Shown: one piece after another, positions 1 to 13,177 of the stretch
Numbering within the stretch: position 1 is the first letter of the stretch
Layout: each line of letters begins with the position of its first letter
Assembly: GCA_964016885.1 (NCBI GenBank)
Contig: OZ024742.1
Location: 264,988,001-265,052,000 of the forward strand
DNA length: 64,000 bases
DNA from: Eledone cirrhosa
Taxonomy: Eukaryota
Direction of reading: 5' to 3'
Notes under the pieces: model-generated
Seen by the model: only the letters and a program-made list of their open reading frames with translations
Database searches by the model: none
What the model was told of the DNA's origin: nothing
Translations under genes and position numbers: made by a program

Positions 1-519
1 TTACCAACAGGATTACAGAGCAGTTGTTAATCAAACACTACAATCAAATATATTTGTTGTTTTTGTTTTTTAATGCTCATTTCATTTAATATGTTAATGC
101 TAATTTAATTAACATAACATGTCGGATCAGAAGAATGAGCAGACCTTATAGCTCAATAAGGGTTTTCAATGCCTAAGGAGTAAGATGTTGGAAATATTTG
201 TATGATTTATATGTTTGTTTATTTGATGTTAACTTAATAGTTAGAAGAGTAGGAGAAGTGACCATGACTTTTGCCTTAGCTTCTCTATAACTGGTGCAGT
301 TTATATGGTTGATGTTCAGTTTAAAGGTCAATATTTGTAGGAAGATGTGGGTAGGGATGAAATACTGCAATTCTGTGAAGAGGAATGATTAAGCAACATA
401 TTTAATGCAAGGTTTGTAGGATGAAACAATAATGATGTGAGGAGAAGGAACAAGTATTAACTGGGCTGTCGTGAAGGTGGTATGCTCCATGCTAGTTTAG
501 AGAAACACAGGTTGTAATA

Positions 520-740
520 GTGCTTTCTGATTTAGGCACTTTACCAACAATTTTGGGATAGGGGAAAGTCAATTAAATTGACTCCAGTGCGTTACTGGTA
601 CTTAATTTTATTGACTCCATATGGATGAAAGGCAAAGTCAACATCAGCAGGATTTGAAATCAGAATGTAAAGAGCCATACCACTATGTGCCAAAGCATAT
701 TGTCTGATGCTCTACTGATACTGCCAATCCACTGCCAATC
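520..740 (-). mobile_element. tRNA-derived SINE with Meta-like core, older copy
   Basis: Diverged reverse complement of the family consensus (tggcagtatcggtag ... gttcaaatcc ... gcctttcatcc ... aaagtaccag). Confidence 0.75.
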
Positions 741-1044
741 TTTGGTGTGTGTTGTAATAGTGGTAGGAAAAAATGGAAGAGAGAAAAAATATAACATATC
801 TGTGATTGTAAGGCATTAGTTAGTGAGTCTGATGAATGGTAGGTTTCCTGAAAGATGTTCTGAAAGATGTTGACTTCAGAGTTTAGTTGTAAATGTAGTT
901 AGTGAGACATTTATTAGGTATATATATGTGTCTATGTATTTTTGTAGACATGCATATATACATAGTGTATGTATGTGTGCTTGTTGAAACGCATGTTAGT
1001 GTGTGTGAATTATTTTAATATTTTCCCAATGTTCTCTCTTGCAG

Positions 1045-1093
1045 AATAAACATACTCGGACCAAAATGTCTATTGCAGAAACAAACAGTTCAG
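1045..1093 (+). CDS. ARNTL: Probable internal exon of BMAL1/ARNTL (NKHTRTKMSIAETNSS, ends in phase 1)
   Basis: Strong acceptor (ttctctcttgcag) and donor (CAG|gtaaat). The phase-1 end fits the 20867 exon. The peptide lies in a poorly conserved region, so the assignment is by position and phase only. Confidence 0.45.
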
Positions 1094-1277
1094 GTAAATA
1101 CCTAATTCTTTTTACAGTACACTCATCAATACATAAAATATGCACAAAACTATATATACTTACAAAAATATATATATACTCATTTACAATTTGTTAAAAT
1201 ATAAGTTATCGATGATTTGTCATTTAAAATTTCAGGTTTTTCTCTCTCCCTCCTCCCTCTCTCTCTATATGTATATA

Positions 1278-2015
1278 TATTTAAAAAATCAACAAAGTTT
1301 CATTTACATGTATTTAGGTTTTTATTGTGTACCGACCTGTTACACACATTTTGCAGAGGAGTGGCTCAGAGTCACCCATAGCAGTTATGGAGCTGATTCC
1401 ATTATTGATATGCTCTTCAACAAACTATATTTTAAAAGTAATTTTGAAAACCAAACAATGCACTAGAAAGAAAATTAAAATTGGTAAGATAACAAAAAAA
1501 TCCTACCGTAGCAAATTTAATAATCCCAAATATTTTGATGTTTAAAAACCCATTTTCAAGGGAGTATGAGAGACTTAAAAAATCGATCGGAATTGACTTG
1601 TTTGGAAGGCAGATTGAAGTTAAATGAAATGTAAAGACGTTAAAATGTTGAATGTGTGCGTTGTGAAATGTCTGTGGAAAAGTGTTTGATATATGCATGT
1701 GTGTGCGTGAATGTAAGTGTGCTTAATGGGATGTTTGTATGTAAATTTATGTAGTGAAAGGCGTGTGCGAATATGTATATAATAAAAAGGGAAAGTATAT
1801 ATGATATATGTATGTGTGTGAGTCTAGAAATGGGCCATGGGGATATTGGAATATTTTTTGTTTCATCATAGATCAAGAGCAGATCGATAATGGAGTTATG
1901 TCCATGATTCCTATGGGTGACCCTGAGCCAATCCTCTGTGAAACAGGCATAACAGGTCAATACACAATAAAGATCTAAATACATGTAAATGAAACTTCAG
2001 CGTTTTTCTTAATAT
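1278..2015. repeat. Diverged inverted repeat, arms about 140 bp (1278-1418 and 1873-2015), probably a Penelope pLTR relic
   Basis: Arms are reverse complements (gtttcatttacatgtatttag / ctaaatacatgtaaatgaaac; ggctcagagtcacccatag / ctatgggtgaccctgagcc), flanked by TA/CT microsatellites. Confidence 0.65.
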
Positions 2016-2084
2016 ATACACTCTCCCTGTGCATAGAGTATTTGTTTTGGTACCACCAGCTGTAATTCAGTGAATCACCTACAT

Positions 2085-2176
<92 letters not shown>

Positions 2177-2294
2177 TGTATATATATATATGAAAAATAA
2201 ATGGGAAACACAAAGTAAATAATACAGTATACTGAAGATATATATAGTATATAGTTTAACACTTGATATAGTAGGAAAAGTGTCTTAACGATTT

Positions 2295-2362
<68 letters not shown>

Positions 2363-2859
2363 CAAATATAAAGCAAGCAAACCAATCAACGAGGAGAAAT
2401 AGGTAATTAGTTAAGCAGATTACAAGCCAGTTGAGAAAAAGTTAGTGTGCTAAACAAGTTGTCAACCAATAAATATATGTATTCAAAAATCATTGTTGAT
2501 CTCTCCAGCATTTAATACATGTTATATGAATATATATATATATATATACACACACATATACATACAGAGAGAGAGAGAGAGTTGCTATTAATTTCTCTGA
2601 ATAGAAGATGGCTGCTTTTGCATTTTTGTTTGTAAAACATGATTATTCTTTGGTATAGGCATTTGTTCATTGAAATTGCATACAGTAATAGGTTCAATAT
2701 GATATCAATCTTTGATAAAACTATTGTTTTTTCTGCTAAGGAAAAAGTATTGCTCTACCTTTCCTTCACGTTTCAAGTTGAAACAGATGTTACTCCCACT
2801 TTACATTTGAGTGGTGACAGCTGACTAAGTACATTTATTTGTGGTAGTCAAAAGGGATT

Positions 2860-3721
2860 CATCATCATCATCATCATCGTTTAACGTCCATCTTCCACGC
2901 TAGCATGGGTTTGGATGGGAATTTTCCCACTTGAGGCAAGATTGGTTGTCTAGCTCGTATAGGACTGTCTGGCGGGTTTTCTACGGCTGGATGTCCTTCT
3001 TAACACCAACCACGTTTACAGTGTGGACTGGGAGGTTTTTACCGTGTTACCTACACGGCTACATTACAACGCAGACTGTGTTTTTTTTTGTCGTGACACC
3101 TACGCGACCTCATTTATTTCGGACTGGATGTTGTGGTACCAACATAACTTTACATCGAAAGGGGTGGTGTGGATGGGGTGGCGGTAGTGGGACGGGTGTG
3201 TATTTTTGTTAAGAGGTGCCTACTGACTGTAGGTTTCGCTTTGTACTTAGGCAAGGCGGGTCTTCTGTATTACTGTGTAGCACCAAAGATCTCGGTCCAG
3301 TGACATTGTCTTGGAGAGGTGTAAGTGTGTGAGGTCGGAATTTATCAAGTCGTCCCAGGTTTTTCTGGGTCTGCCTACTCTGTGGCTACCATCTATTTTT
3401 ATTGCCCTGCACTTTTTTATACAGCTGTCGTCTTTCATGCGCATCACGTGACCATACCAACGTAGTCTTCTCTTGAGTAAACAACATCTGATCCCTCTTA
3501 TTTCTAATTTTTCCCTTAGTTCATTCATGCTTTACCGTTCACGTATATTACTATTACACATCCAACGGAGCATGCAAGCTTCATTCCTCTCCAGTCTGCG
3601 TATATCCTCTGCACACAATGTCCAAGTCTCACTGCCATGTAACATTGTTGTTCGTATGCAGGCATCATACAGCCTGCCTTTCATTTTTAGAGAGAAACCT
3701 TTAGCGGCCAATAGTGGTATA
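2860..3721 (-). mobile_element. RTE-clade LINE, 5'-truncated 3' end with (GAT)n tail
   Basis: ORF 3247-3528 contains RLRWYGHVMRM and GRPRKTW. Highly similar to 15931-16910. Confidence 0.9.
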
Positions 3722-3913
3722 ATTTGAACTCAGACCGTAATGGGACGTAACTATGCTAGAAAGCATGGCATCCAACCCTCTACCGATACTGCCAATTCAC
3801 CGTGCATAATAATGATTTCTAATTTAGGCACAAAGCCAACAATTTTTGGGGAGTGGACCCCAGCATATTACTGGTACTTTATCTTATTGATGAATAGTAG
3901 TAGTAGTACATAA

Positions 3914-4103
3914 TAATTGTTTCTACTTTAGGCACAAGGCCAGCAATTACCCAGTTCATTACTGGTACTTTATTTTATCGACCCCGTAAGGATGAAAGGC
4001 AAAGTCAACCTCGGCGGGATTTGAACTCAGATCGTAAAGGGACGTAACTATGCTGGAAAGCATGGCGTCCGACCCTCTACCGATACTGCCAATCCACCGC
4101 CCT
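3914..4103 (-). mobile_element. Full-length young Meta-type tRNA SINE with TSD
   Basis: A box tggcagtatcggtag, B box gagttcaaatcc, core gcctttcatccttacggggtcgataaaataaagtaccag. TSD tagtagtacataataat at 3901-3917 and 4104-4120. Further partial copies at 3722-3890. Confidence 0.9.
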
Positions 4104-4129
4104 TAGTAGTACATAATAATGATAGGTAG

Positions 4130-4290
4130 AAGCAGCATGGCCAAATGGTTAAGAAGGTCACTTCATAAATATTATGTCCCATGTTCAATCCCACTACATG
4201 GCCCCTTGGACAAGTGTCATTTACCATGACCTTAGGTTAAAATTGTTAGTGAAATTGGGTAGATGGAAACTGTGTAGAAGCCCGTCAGAT
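4130..4290 (+). mobile_element. Second tRNA-derived SINE family (CORE-like head; gtagatggaaactg...gaagcccgtc)
   Basis: tggttaagaag...gttcaatccca...ccttggacaagtgtc. Related copies at about 24010-24175, 33325-33470 and 41935-42040. Confidence 0.6.
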
Positions 4291-6201
4291 TGACTGTTCC
4301 TGTAATTCAAACACTGTGTCAAATTCAATCATTCTGAGAATTACATTAACAGTACATATGTCTGTAGAATGCTCTGCCACTTTTATGTTAATTTCAAGAG
4401 CAAGTCACTCCATTGATCAAACAACTAGAACACTCGTCATTGAAACCAGTGGAGTTACATTCTTCTCTAGTGCATTATATGCAACATTCCAAACAAGACA
4501 TAATCGATGTAGAATATATTTTAAGATATTTTGGCAACAAGAAGGAAAATAAATAGCAGAATCAGTAAAACACTGAATACAATACCTTGTGCTATTTAGT
4601 AGCATCCCTTTGTTCTGAATTCTAATTCTTTGTGTCAGCTTTAATTGTTACTGCTCTGATGATCATAAGATAAAGCCAGTCAGTATTGGGACCTATGTAA
4701 TTGTATATACCCTTCCACAGAATGTATGGCCTTGTGCCAATATTAGAAATGAATATATCAATGTGAATATTACTTATTTGTTTTATAGATAATAAGGCTT
4801 TAACTGTATTTATTTTAGTCCATTCGAGGATAAGGTTAGTACAGAAATATTGTATCAACATGATTAAATTAAATACTAGACATGATGTTGGTTCTGTTTG
4901 CTTCATCATACCCCCACCTGTTCCTCTGATAAAATTCAAGTATACTGATGTACTTTACAGGCCCATTGCCAAGGGGGAAGGGATACTGGATGGCATTGTC
5001 CCTCTAACTTTCAATGGTGCACTCTAAGATTTAGAAAATAGAATTTATTAAAAAAATATTGTGAATTAAGTTACGTGGAGTCTTGACTTTACTAGCTTTT
5101 TTCTCAAAACAAGAACAAAAATAGATTTCAATAAACCCCAAAGAAGCTGGTCAAAAGATTATCTGGAGAATTAGAGTGTCCACCGCGTATGCTCTGAAGC
5201 TTCCCCAAACACTAAAGTCTGATGGGCTTTGTACTTTAACTATCGTCTTTTTCTTTTAGTGAAAATATCCTTTCTAACTTTCAAAAATGATATTGAGGTC
5301 TTAACTCATCACAGTGGTCTGGGTTACCTCATCCACAACTTGGCACTATATGTCACTTGTGAGGGAAACACTGTGGAGAAAGGACACAAATTAACATAAA
5401 TAATCCACTTTTTGCTAATTCACAATAAGAATAATAATTCATCATTATCATTTTATATCCATTTGCCATGTTTTCATGGTTTGGATACACTGTCACAGTT
5501 TGAGACTGGATGAATTCATTTTTGGTGTAGTTTCTAAGGCTGGGTGTATTGGGTGATTTTTATCTTGGCACTAACACTTGTGAGTTTGATATGTACTCAA
5601 CAGGACTAATAAGATTTTTTAAACACTATATTGTCTTGGCTTGGTTCAGACACTACCACTTTACTGAGTATATTAGATGTATATTTAACATGGCACCAAC
5701 ACTAGCGAACTTGTCACAAAACTAAAATAATGATAAAGCAGAAGAGTTTAGATTTTTGGAAAACCAAAAACCTATATGAAAAGTATCATTGCATGTAATG
5801 TTTATTTGTTTGAATTCTATATATGAATGTATGTCATATAATTCTGTTTTCAATGCTTCTATGAAACAATGCTACAATCACTCAAATTGGTTTTCTTGCT
5901 TTGGTTTATGGATTACTCACACTGTACTAAAACTGCAACATTGCAGTTTTCCTATATATCCATGCTTTCTAGTTCAATTTATCAACATTTTACTCATTTC
6001 AAATTGTTAACCCTATATACAGAAATATTTGGTATCATTCAAACAGCCAATTTTAAAACCCTGTTTGGTTTATATGTGAAAGCAAAGTTCCTGTCGGGGA
6101 TTAAACTTGTCAACTTTAATATCATGAAATCTCATCTTAAACTACTAAACCACAAACCAACAAAAAATATTTTACTTGATGGACTAACTGTATTTCCTTG
6201 A

Positions 6202-6401
6202 NNNNNNNNNNNNNNNNNNNNNNNNNNNNNNNNNNNNNNNNNNNNNNNNNNNNNNNNNNNNNNNNNNNNNNNNNNNNNNNNNNNNNNNNNNNNNNNNNNN
6301 NNNNNNNNNNNNNNNNNNNNNNNNNNNNNNNNNNNNNNNNNNNNNNNNNNNNNNNNNNNNNNNNNNNNNNNNNNNNNNNNNNNNNNNNNNNNNNNNNNNN
6401 N
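6202..6401. other. Assembly gap (200 N)
   Basis: Run of n; true size unknown and could hide exons. Confidence 1.
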
Positions 6402-6562
6402 ACCCCAGTTCCTATCATCTCATTTCTACAGCTGAATAAACTGGAGCAATGTGAAATAAAGTGTCTTGCTCAAGGAAACAACACATCACCCAGTCTGAGA
6501 ATTGAACTTACAACCTTTCGATTGCAAGGCCAATGCTCTAACCACTAAGCCATGTGCCTCCA
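6402..6562 (-). mobile_element. CORE-type tRNA SINE (resembles octopus OR families), partial
   Basis: Reverse complement reads ggcttagtggttagagc...gttcaattctc...ccttgagcaagacactttatttcac. Same family as 29582-29930. Confidence 0.75.
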
Positions 6563-6904
6563 TTCATATATATATATCATATATATATCATCATCATCAA
6601 CCTCTTCATAACATCTCTTTCCCCTGCTAGCAAGAGTTGGATGGGTCTACATATAGCAAGTCACTGCTGAAGCAGTGACTTGCTCTATGTAGACCCATCC
6701 AACTGAAGTAGTGGTTACTGATCGCCTAGAGATGTCAGTGGTCTGGCATCTCGCTTATGTGTGGTCTCACATTCTCCTTAGTGCCCAGGGGAGGGTATCA
6801 TGTCTTTGACACAACTGGGGATCCTCCCAACCCTTTGTTTGACAAGCTTTCTATGGCTGGATGTTCTTCCTATCACCAACCACTTTACAGCATATATATA
6901 TATA

Positions 6905-7048
6905 GGTACATAGGAAAAAGCAGTTAAAAATGCAATTGGAGTTTTTAAGAAGGTGTATTTACAATAACTTAGAACTTAACCGGTTTCACAAGTTTCATGA
7001 TTTTCAAAAGTTAAGAGAGACGGAGAGATGTGTGACTATGCTAACTTG

Positions 7049-7050
<2 letters not shown>
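6905..7050 (-). mobile_element. Penelope pLTR fragment with U3:A8-variant hammerhead motif (6973-7012)
   Basis: Minus strand: aactt-TTGAAAA-tcatgaaacttgt-GAAA-CCGG-TT-aagtt (5-bp stem I, palindromic loop III). Sits between (TA)n tracts. Confidence 0.65.
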
Positions 7051-7092
<42 letters not shown>

Positions 7093-7100
<8 letters not shown>

Positions 7101-7230
7101 AAGAGTGAAGAATAACATGGTCAGCTGTACAAAAAGTGTTTTATTTACAGTATTAACAATTGTTTCATTGATCAGTCTAAAGGCCGCTGATCACTCGAGA
7201 TTGCGTCACACTAGCCAAGTCGAAGTGACA
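7093..7230 (-). mobile_element. Penelope pLTR fragment, same family as the 50299-50790 palindrome
   Basis: Starts atagtgaaagagtgaagaataacatggtc directly after (TA)n, as at 50299. Minus strand has GAAA-CAATTG-TT, the 3' half of a hammerhead. Confidence 0.65.
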
Positions 7231-7239
7231 TCATTCTGC

Positions 7240-8200
7240 ATTATATTTACCATGGTTTCTATGGTCGTATGCCATTCCTAACACCAACCATCTTTCTGGG
7301 TACATTTTTCATGGTGCCAGCACTACCACTTTACAGAGTAGACTGTATGTATTTTATTGTGGCACCTATACTGCCATTTTACTAGGTGTGCTGAGTGCAT
7401 TTTATCATGGCACGAGCACCTAGAGAGGTTATCATATGTCCAGACTGAAGAACCCTCTCAAATCCTAATTGTCTCACACCATGTTTACTTTTTGTTTCAC
7501 AGATGAGTCTTTTGTATTATAACATATTACCAGTCTGGTGGGTTCAGTGTAATTTTCTCTGTCAGATTCAGTTTCTTGGCATCATTCTTCACAAATTCCT
7601 CCCATGTCTTCCTGGTCTTTCTCTACCATAGGTTCCATCCACTTCAATTCAAGTGCTCAGAACTTTTTTTTATACAACTCTCATGTGCCTATAGAAGTGC
7701 AATCTTGCATGCTACATTCAATTCTTCTTATATTCAACATTCATCTCAGTTCATTTATGCTTTTTTGTTCACACAAACTAAGAAGAGTTGCATAAAAAAA
7801 GAGCCAAGTGCTTAAATTAGGTGTAACCTGTGGCTGATGGCAACCAAAGAAGACATGGGGTGAAGTTGTGAAGAATGATTTCAAGAAACTATATCTCATG
7901 AAAAAGATGACACAAGACTAAGCTGACTGATGATATGTCATTATACAAAAGACATGTCTAATAGTACAAGTTCTATAATTACACCCACTACACTCTGTAA
8001 AGTGGTAGGACTGGTGCAAAAATAAAATCACTCGGTAGACACTGTAAAGTGGTTGGCATTATGAAGAGCATCCAACTGTAGAAACCATGGCAAAATATGG
8101 AATGTATGGCCAAGATATGGTTTCCTGACAATTTTAGTGTCTGACCATGACAACCCATCCAAACCTTGTTAGCAGAGAAAGTGCTCATAAAATGATGGTG
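7240..8200. mobile_element. Degraded older RTE fragments in both orientations
   Basis: 7840-7960 (+) reads PKKTWGEVVKNDF...; the RTE 3' UTR motif gtggttggcatt...gcatcca at 8050-8080 and its reverse complement at 7270-7290. Confidence 0.55.
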
Positions 8201-8649
8201 ATTATTATTATTAGTTGGCCTTGTGCCAAATGTAGAAACAATTATTATTATTATTATTATCATATTTTCCTTTGATTTCACTTTATGTCCAATGACTACC
8301 GAGTATCAACCATATACCTAGGTTACAGCAGGCATGGTTGGTTTTGACAGTTTCATTAGCCTTTTTTTTTGTTCTGTCCACACATTAACTTAACAAGTCA
8401 CATCACAAAAGTTGATAAGTTAATAAGTTATGAAAAAAAATCAAAATATAAAAAAGTAGGAGTAGATAAAAAGAAGTATTAAGGAGTATAAAAGATATGA
8501 ATTAATTTTGCATTCAGGATATTTGAATGGAATTAAATATTAATTAAATTTGCTCTAAAAAATAAACAGAAAAAATTGTGTGTTAATATATATTACAGTG
8601 ACAAAAATTACAAAGTATGTGGGTGGTAGTTGTTTGAACAATCTTTTGG

Positions 8650-10780
8650 ATTCCATATATACTAGGTTTACCATGAATGTTTTCTAGAAACTTATGAACA
8701 CCTTACTTTATGTCACCTAGAGCTCCTACCATTACCGGAATAGTTTCTGTTTTAAGGTGCCACATTGTTTACCTCAATTTCTAGATCGTTATATTTAGCA
8801 AGTTTCTCATACTCTTTTTCTGACACATATCTATCAGACGGCATAGTCATGTCAATGTGTAAGCAGATTTTGTTTATTCATATCTTTAATAATAATATCA
8901 GGGTGGTTTCAATGAATAGTGCGATCTGTGTGAATGGTAAAGTCCCAAATGATTTTTGCTCCTTCAGTCTCGGTTACTGGTTATGGTTTGTGTTTGTACC
9001 AGTTTCCTACATGTTCTGTACTGTATTTTTTGTATATTATCCATTGGGTTGCCCCACCCTATCATATGTAATCTTATATTCAATTGGTGCTAGTGTGGGA
9101 CATCCTAATATTATATGGTCAATTGTTTCAAGCTGTACATCACATATCCTGCATTTGGAGTCTGCTCTATTTCTGTGAATATTTGCCTGATAATTCCTAG
9201 TAAAGAGGCCCTGGTTCGGGGCAGCAAAAATAAAACATTCTGTTTCAGCATATAATCCCGAACTTTCATAGCCACTGATGAGTTTCTGCTTAATCTACAT
9301 TAGTGTCTTGAGTGCGAAGTGGGGATTGGTTGTGCAGAGGTTTTTGTTACCATCTATCTTTAAATGTTTTTAGACCTTCTAGCTTTGACTTGCTTCTGTG
9401 GACTTTTTCTGCCTCAGTTGGAATTATGTCAGCTTCATCATTTAGGTGTATGTCATCATTTTTTAGTTCTTTCCTGTAGTTTCCTTCCTCATTGAGTACT
9501 GATCAGAGTTTCTTTTGTTTTTCATATTCTCTTTAACACCATAATCCATTCATTAATATTCTCTAGCTACTTTTGTAAGCCTATTGTACCTAATCTTCAC
9601 AACTCCCAATGTTTGTCTACATGATGTCAGTTCAGCCTTCCAACCAACCATACTGCTGACCAGAAACTGCCTAGATTTAGCTGCAGTATCAAACATTTTC
9701 AAACATTCTACTATCCAGTTATGTGGCACCATGTTGTAAGCCTTGCAGTAATGAATCCAGGCCATGGCAAGATTTGTGTGTCTCCTTTTACAATCTTTAA
9801 GAATCACTTTATTAATCTACAATTGATCCTTAGTCCCCTTGCTTCTTCTCCTACATCCCTTCTGCTCGTTTTTACCTTTCCACAATATTAATATCTTTCC
9901 TAAGCATTTTGATGTCCCCTTCAATTCTTCTTTTCTACCATGGTTCCTTGATCTGCTTTTGTGTAGTCTGTTACAGACCTAACTCTTTAGCAAGTTAGAT
10001 ACTTGCAGCACTGATTAGATTGTTGGTTTCTGTGATGGTTCTAGTTGACACCTTGTCAAGGATGTTTACTTAGTTAGTTATTTATTTTAGCTGACATTGG
10101 TTTGATTTAAAAAAAAAAAATGTTTGATTACTGCCTCCAATATCATCTGTCCTTCTGTTCATCAATGTTAATGTCATTTCCCACATAATCTTGAATATTC
10201 AGTTCCTTTTCTTCCTGTTGAGTTCCATCGTTTTCCATACTTTCATCTATATTTGAATGTCCAACATCCTGAGCTTCTATATTCTCCACACACTCCTGGC
10301 TTATCCTTTTCCTTAACATGTCAATCTCAATCTCATATAGCCATCCTCCTTTTGCATATTGCCATTTCCTGATCACAAATTCTCAGTTCAGTTGATTCAA
10401 AAACCCCCATCTCCTACCATACTCATAACACCCTTATTGGCACACCATTTTCATTCACAGACATGCTTCTAAAATAACTCCCCATGATGGCCTTGTTTAC
10501 CTCCTTACTCCACTTCATTCTCCCAGTGTCATGATGACCGGGCCTGTGCTGCCTAACTACAGGGCATCTACCAGATGAGGCATCTTCATTAGAAGCTCCA
10601 GCACCATTCACGTCTTTGTGTAAACAAATGTTTTGATTCATTTCACTCATTCAATTTAGTCGTTTTAAGGTTCCACTATGACCAGTGTTGGTTTTTTGAA
10701 ATAGTATCTCAAGAGGGTGATGTAAACGACTTTAAGGGACCCTCAGACCTTAAAATTGAACTGAACTATACTGCACTAGT
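8650..10780 (-). mobile_element. Degraded, internally deleted R4/Dong-clade (RLE) retrotransposon including its N-terminus
   Basis: Minus-strand peptides: GRMKWSKEVNKAIMGSYF (N-terminus), LAMAWIHY.KAYNMVPHNWI (RT), EKLAKYNDLEIE..MWHLKTETIPVMVGALG (RLE end). Confidence 0.8.
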
Positions 10781-10815
10781 CACCAATCCACTATTTTTTA
10801 CTCCTCAACTATTCA

Positions 10816-11745
10816 TTGGGCAATGTGATCGGTGGAAACTCCACCTTGGCGTTCTATAGAGGATTAGTGGAGGGGAAGAGCGACAACGTACTTGGGGAAA
10901 CTCTAGGCGTCAATGAAAATCAACTAGCCAATCTCTTTGGAAGAACTTTTGGGCCGGGGCCTATGGACAACTTCCAGAAATCCCTGGCCTGGCAGTGCTA
11001 CCGAGGAGCTTTTCCAGTTCGCGATAAACTCTACAGGCATGGAGGTGCCGTCAGCCAGGCATGTCCGAGATGCGCGCAGGGCGACGAAACCATCCTGCAT
11101 GCACTCGTCCAGTGTCTGAGCATTGCTGACTTGTGGGTTTATGTCGAACACCTGCTGTCACGTGTAGGACGGATCCAGCTATCAGCTGAGTCCATCGTAA
11201 GGATTGCCCTGCCCTCTTCCTTTAGCCAGGAAGGGCAGGTAGTTTTTATCTGTCTGATGGCCATGGCGAAAGAGATAGTATGGTGGACACGTCTGAAAGG
11301 GCTGAAGACGAGCACTTACCTCTTCGGTGATACTTTGATTAACTTTTTCCAATTTCATTTGAAAAGGAAAATCAGGGTAGAGAAGCAAGTGCTCTCTTCC
11401 CAGCTTTTTGTTGAAAGATGGGTGAGAGAGGCAAGAATGGCCCGAGTGAGTGGACCTACTCTGAGTATATGCCTGTAAATTGAAGGTGAAAAACTGGGAG
11501 AGGGCAATTGCCCTGGTGGTCAGGGTCACCGTGGCTTTTTTCAATGGGCATTCTCCACGATGGCCCTCGGAAGTCTCCCCCCTATTGGGGAATTTTTCAT
11601 TGTTCTATTATTATTACATCCTCTATTTTTGTGTTTTTTAGATGCAGAAATGCCCATTTGTACCATCCTGTATTGTCCTGTACTGTCCTTAATGTCTACT
11701 TTATGTAAACCCTTGTGGTTAATAAAGAAAGTCTTATTATTATTA
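10816..11745 (+). mobile_element. Tx1/L1-clade LINE 3' end (zf-RVT region) with (ATT)n tail
   Basis: 220-aa ORF with CPRC...ETILHALVQC zinc knuckle; 3' UTR ends aataaag plus (att)n. The same UTR recurs at 59420-59550. Confidence 0.85.
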
Positions 11746-11758
11746 TTATTATTAATAA

Positions 11759-11874
11759 TAATTGTTTCTACTTTTGGCACAAGGCCAGCAATTACCCAGT
11801 GCATTACTGATAAAATAAAGTACCAGTAATGCACTGGGTAATTGCTGGCCTTGTGCCTAAAGTAGAAACAATTA
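11759..11874. repeat. Head-to-head palindrome made of two SINE 3' ends
   Basis: Arms of about 51 bp (11759-11809 and 11824-11874) with a 14-nt loop; a further SINE tail lies at 11990-12035. Confidence 0.9.
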
Positions 11875-11875
11875 C

Positions 11876-11935
<60 letters not shown>

Positions 11936-12409
11936 CATCATTATCAATACCACCACTATTATCACTACCATTACCATTATTATTATTATCAATGCACTGG
12001 GTAATTGCTGGCCTTGTGCCAAAAGTAGAAACAATTATTATCATCACTATTACCATAATCATTGTCATTATCACCATTATCACCATTACCATCATCATCA
12101 TTCCCTTTACTATCATCACCTTTCTTTATTTCCTTCTTCCAGTCATTTCTATAAGCCAACACATTTCTCCTTGTCCTCCTCCTCTTCAGTCATGTCTATA
12201 TTTCATCTGCCTGTCATCCACCTTGTTGATCACTGGCCACTGGTCTCTGTCCTCTGGGGCATTTTTACCCATTGCTCTCTTTGACAGCATTTAGCTGTTT
12301 TAACGGTTGTTCTAGTGATGAGTCTTCTCATTTTTATATGTATTTAAATACACTCTCACTTCGTCTTGATCAGAGGCAACATTGTTTTTTCATATATATA
12401 TATATACTC

Positions 12410-12890
12410 TCGTTTTTGTATTTCTTTTGCAAGATTTCTTATTTGAAAACGTGTGTTGAAAAAAATATTGTTATAATTTGTAATTTGGGAGGGCCATGCT
12501 GCCAATAAAAACACATGCACCTGTTGGTTTTCATTTTAATTTATTATAAATTTCCAGTTGGCTGGTTTAATAACTGGATGGTTGTTTATTTATTGCCAAA
12601 GCTCTTTCGTCACACATTATGTAACCTCCTCTCTGACTAATTTGTTATTTTGTGTCTCTCCTGTCCTACACCATCTTGTTTGTGTGTGCTGCGTGCTCAG
12701 AACACATAAACAAGATGGAGAGACACAAACTAGTCACTGAGGAGGTCACAAAATGTGTGACGAAAGAGCTTTGACAATAAATAAATAACCATTCAGATAT
12801 TAAACCAACCAATTAGAAATTTGTAATAAATTGAAGTGAAAAACCAACAGATGCATTTTTTTGTTGGCTGCCGACCTTCTCAAAGTATAA
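12410..12890. mobile_element. Inverted Penelope pLTR pair with hammerhead motif (12733-12775, +)
   Basis: Arms about 12498-12688 and 12700-12872. gtca-CTGAGGA-g-gtcaca..tgtgac-GAAA-gagc-TT-tgac. TA tracts on both sides. Confidence 0.7.
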
Positions 12891-13094
12891 CTATATATAT
12901 ATATATTTATATATATATATATATTCATTTTATTATGGCTGAATAGTAAGTTTTGTCTGTTTATCACAGGGTCATCAGACAACCCTGTGATAAATAGGCA
13001 AGACTCCAGAGTAACAAGACTCACTATTCAGTAATAATGAAATGAATATTAAAATTCTACTCTATTATTGAGTACTCCTTTCTCTCAGCTGTCA

Positions 13095-13174
<80 letters not shown>

Positions 13175-13177
<3 letters not shown>

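Noticed and set aside
3914-4103. tRNA genes suggested by A/B boxes in SINE heads
   Set aside because: No cloverleaf; the boxes run into SINE cores and tails with TSDs.
6137-6548. ORFs spanning X runs
   Set aside because: Artefacts of the N gap.
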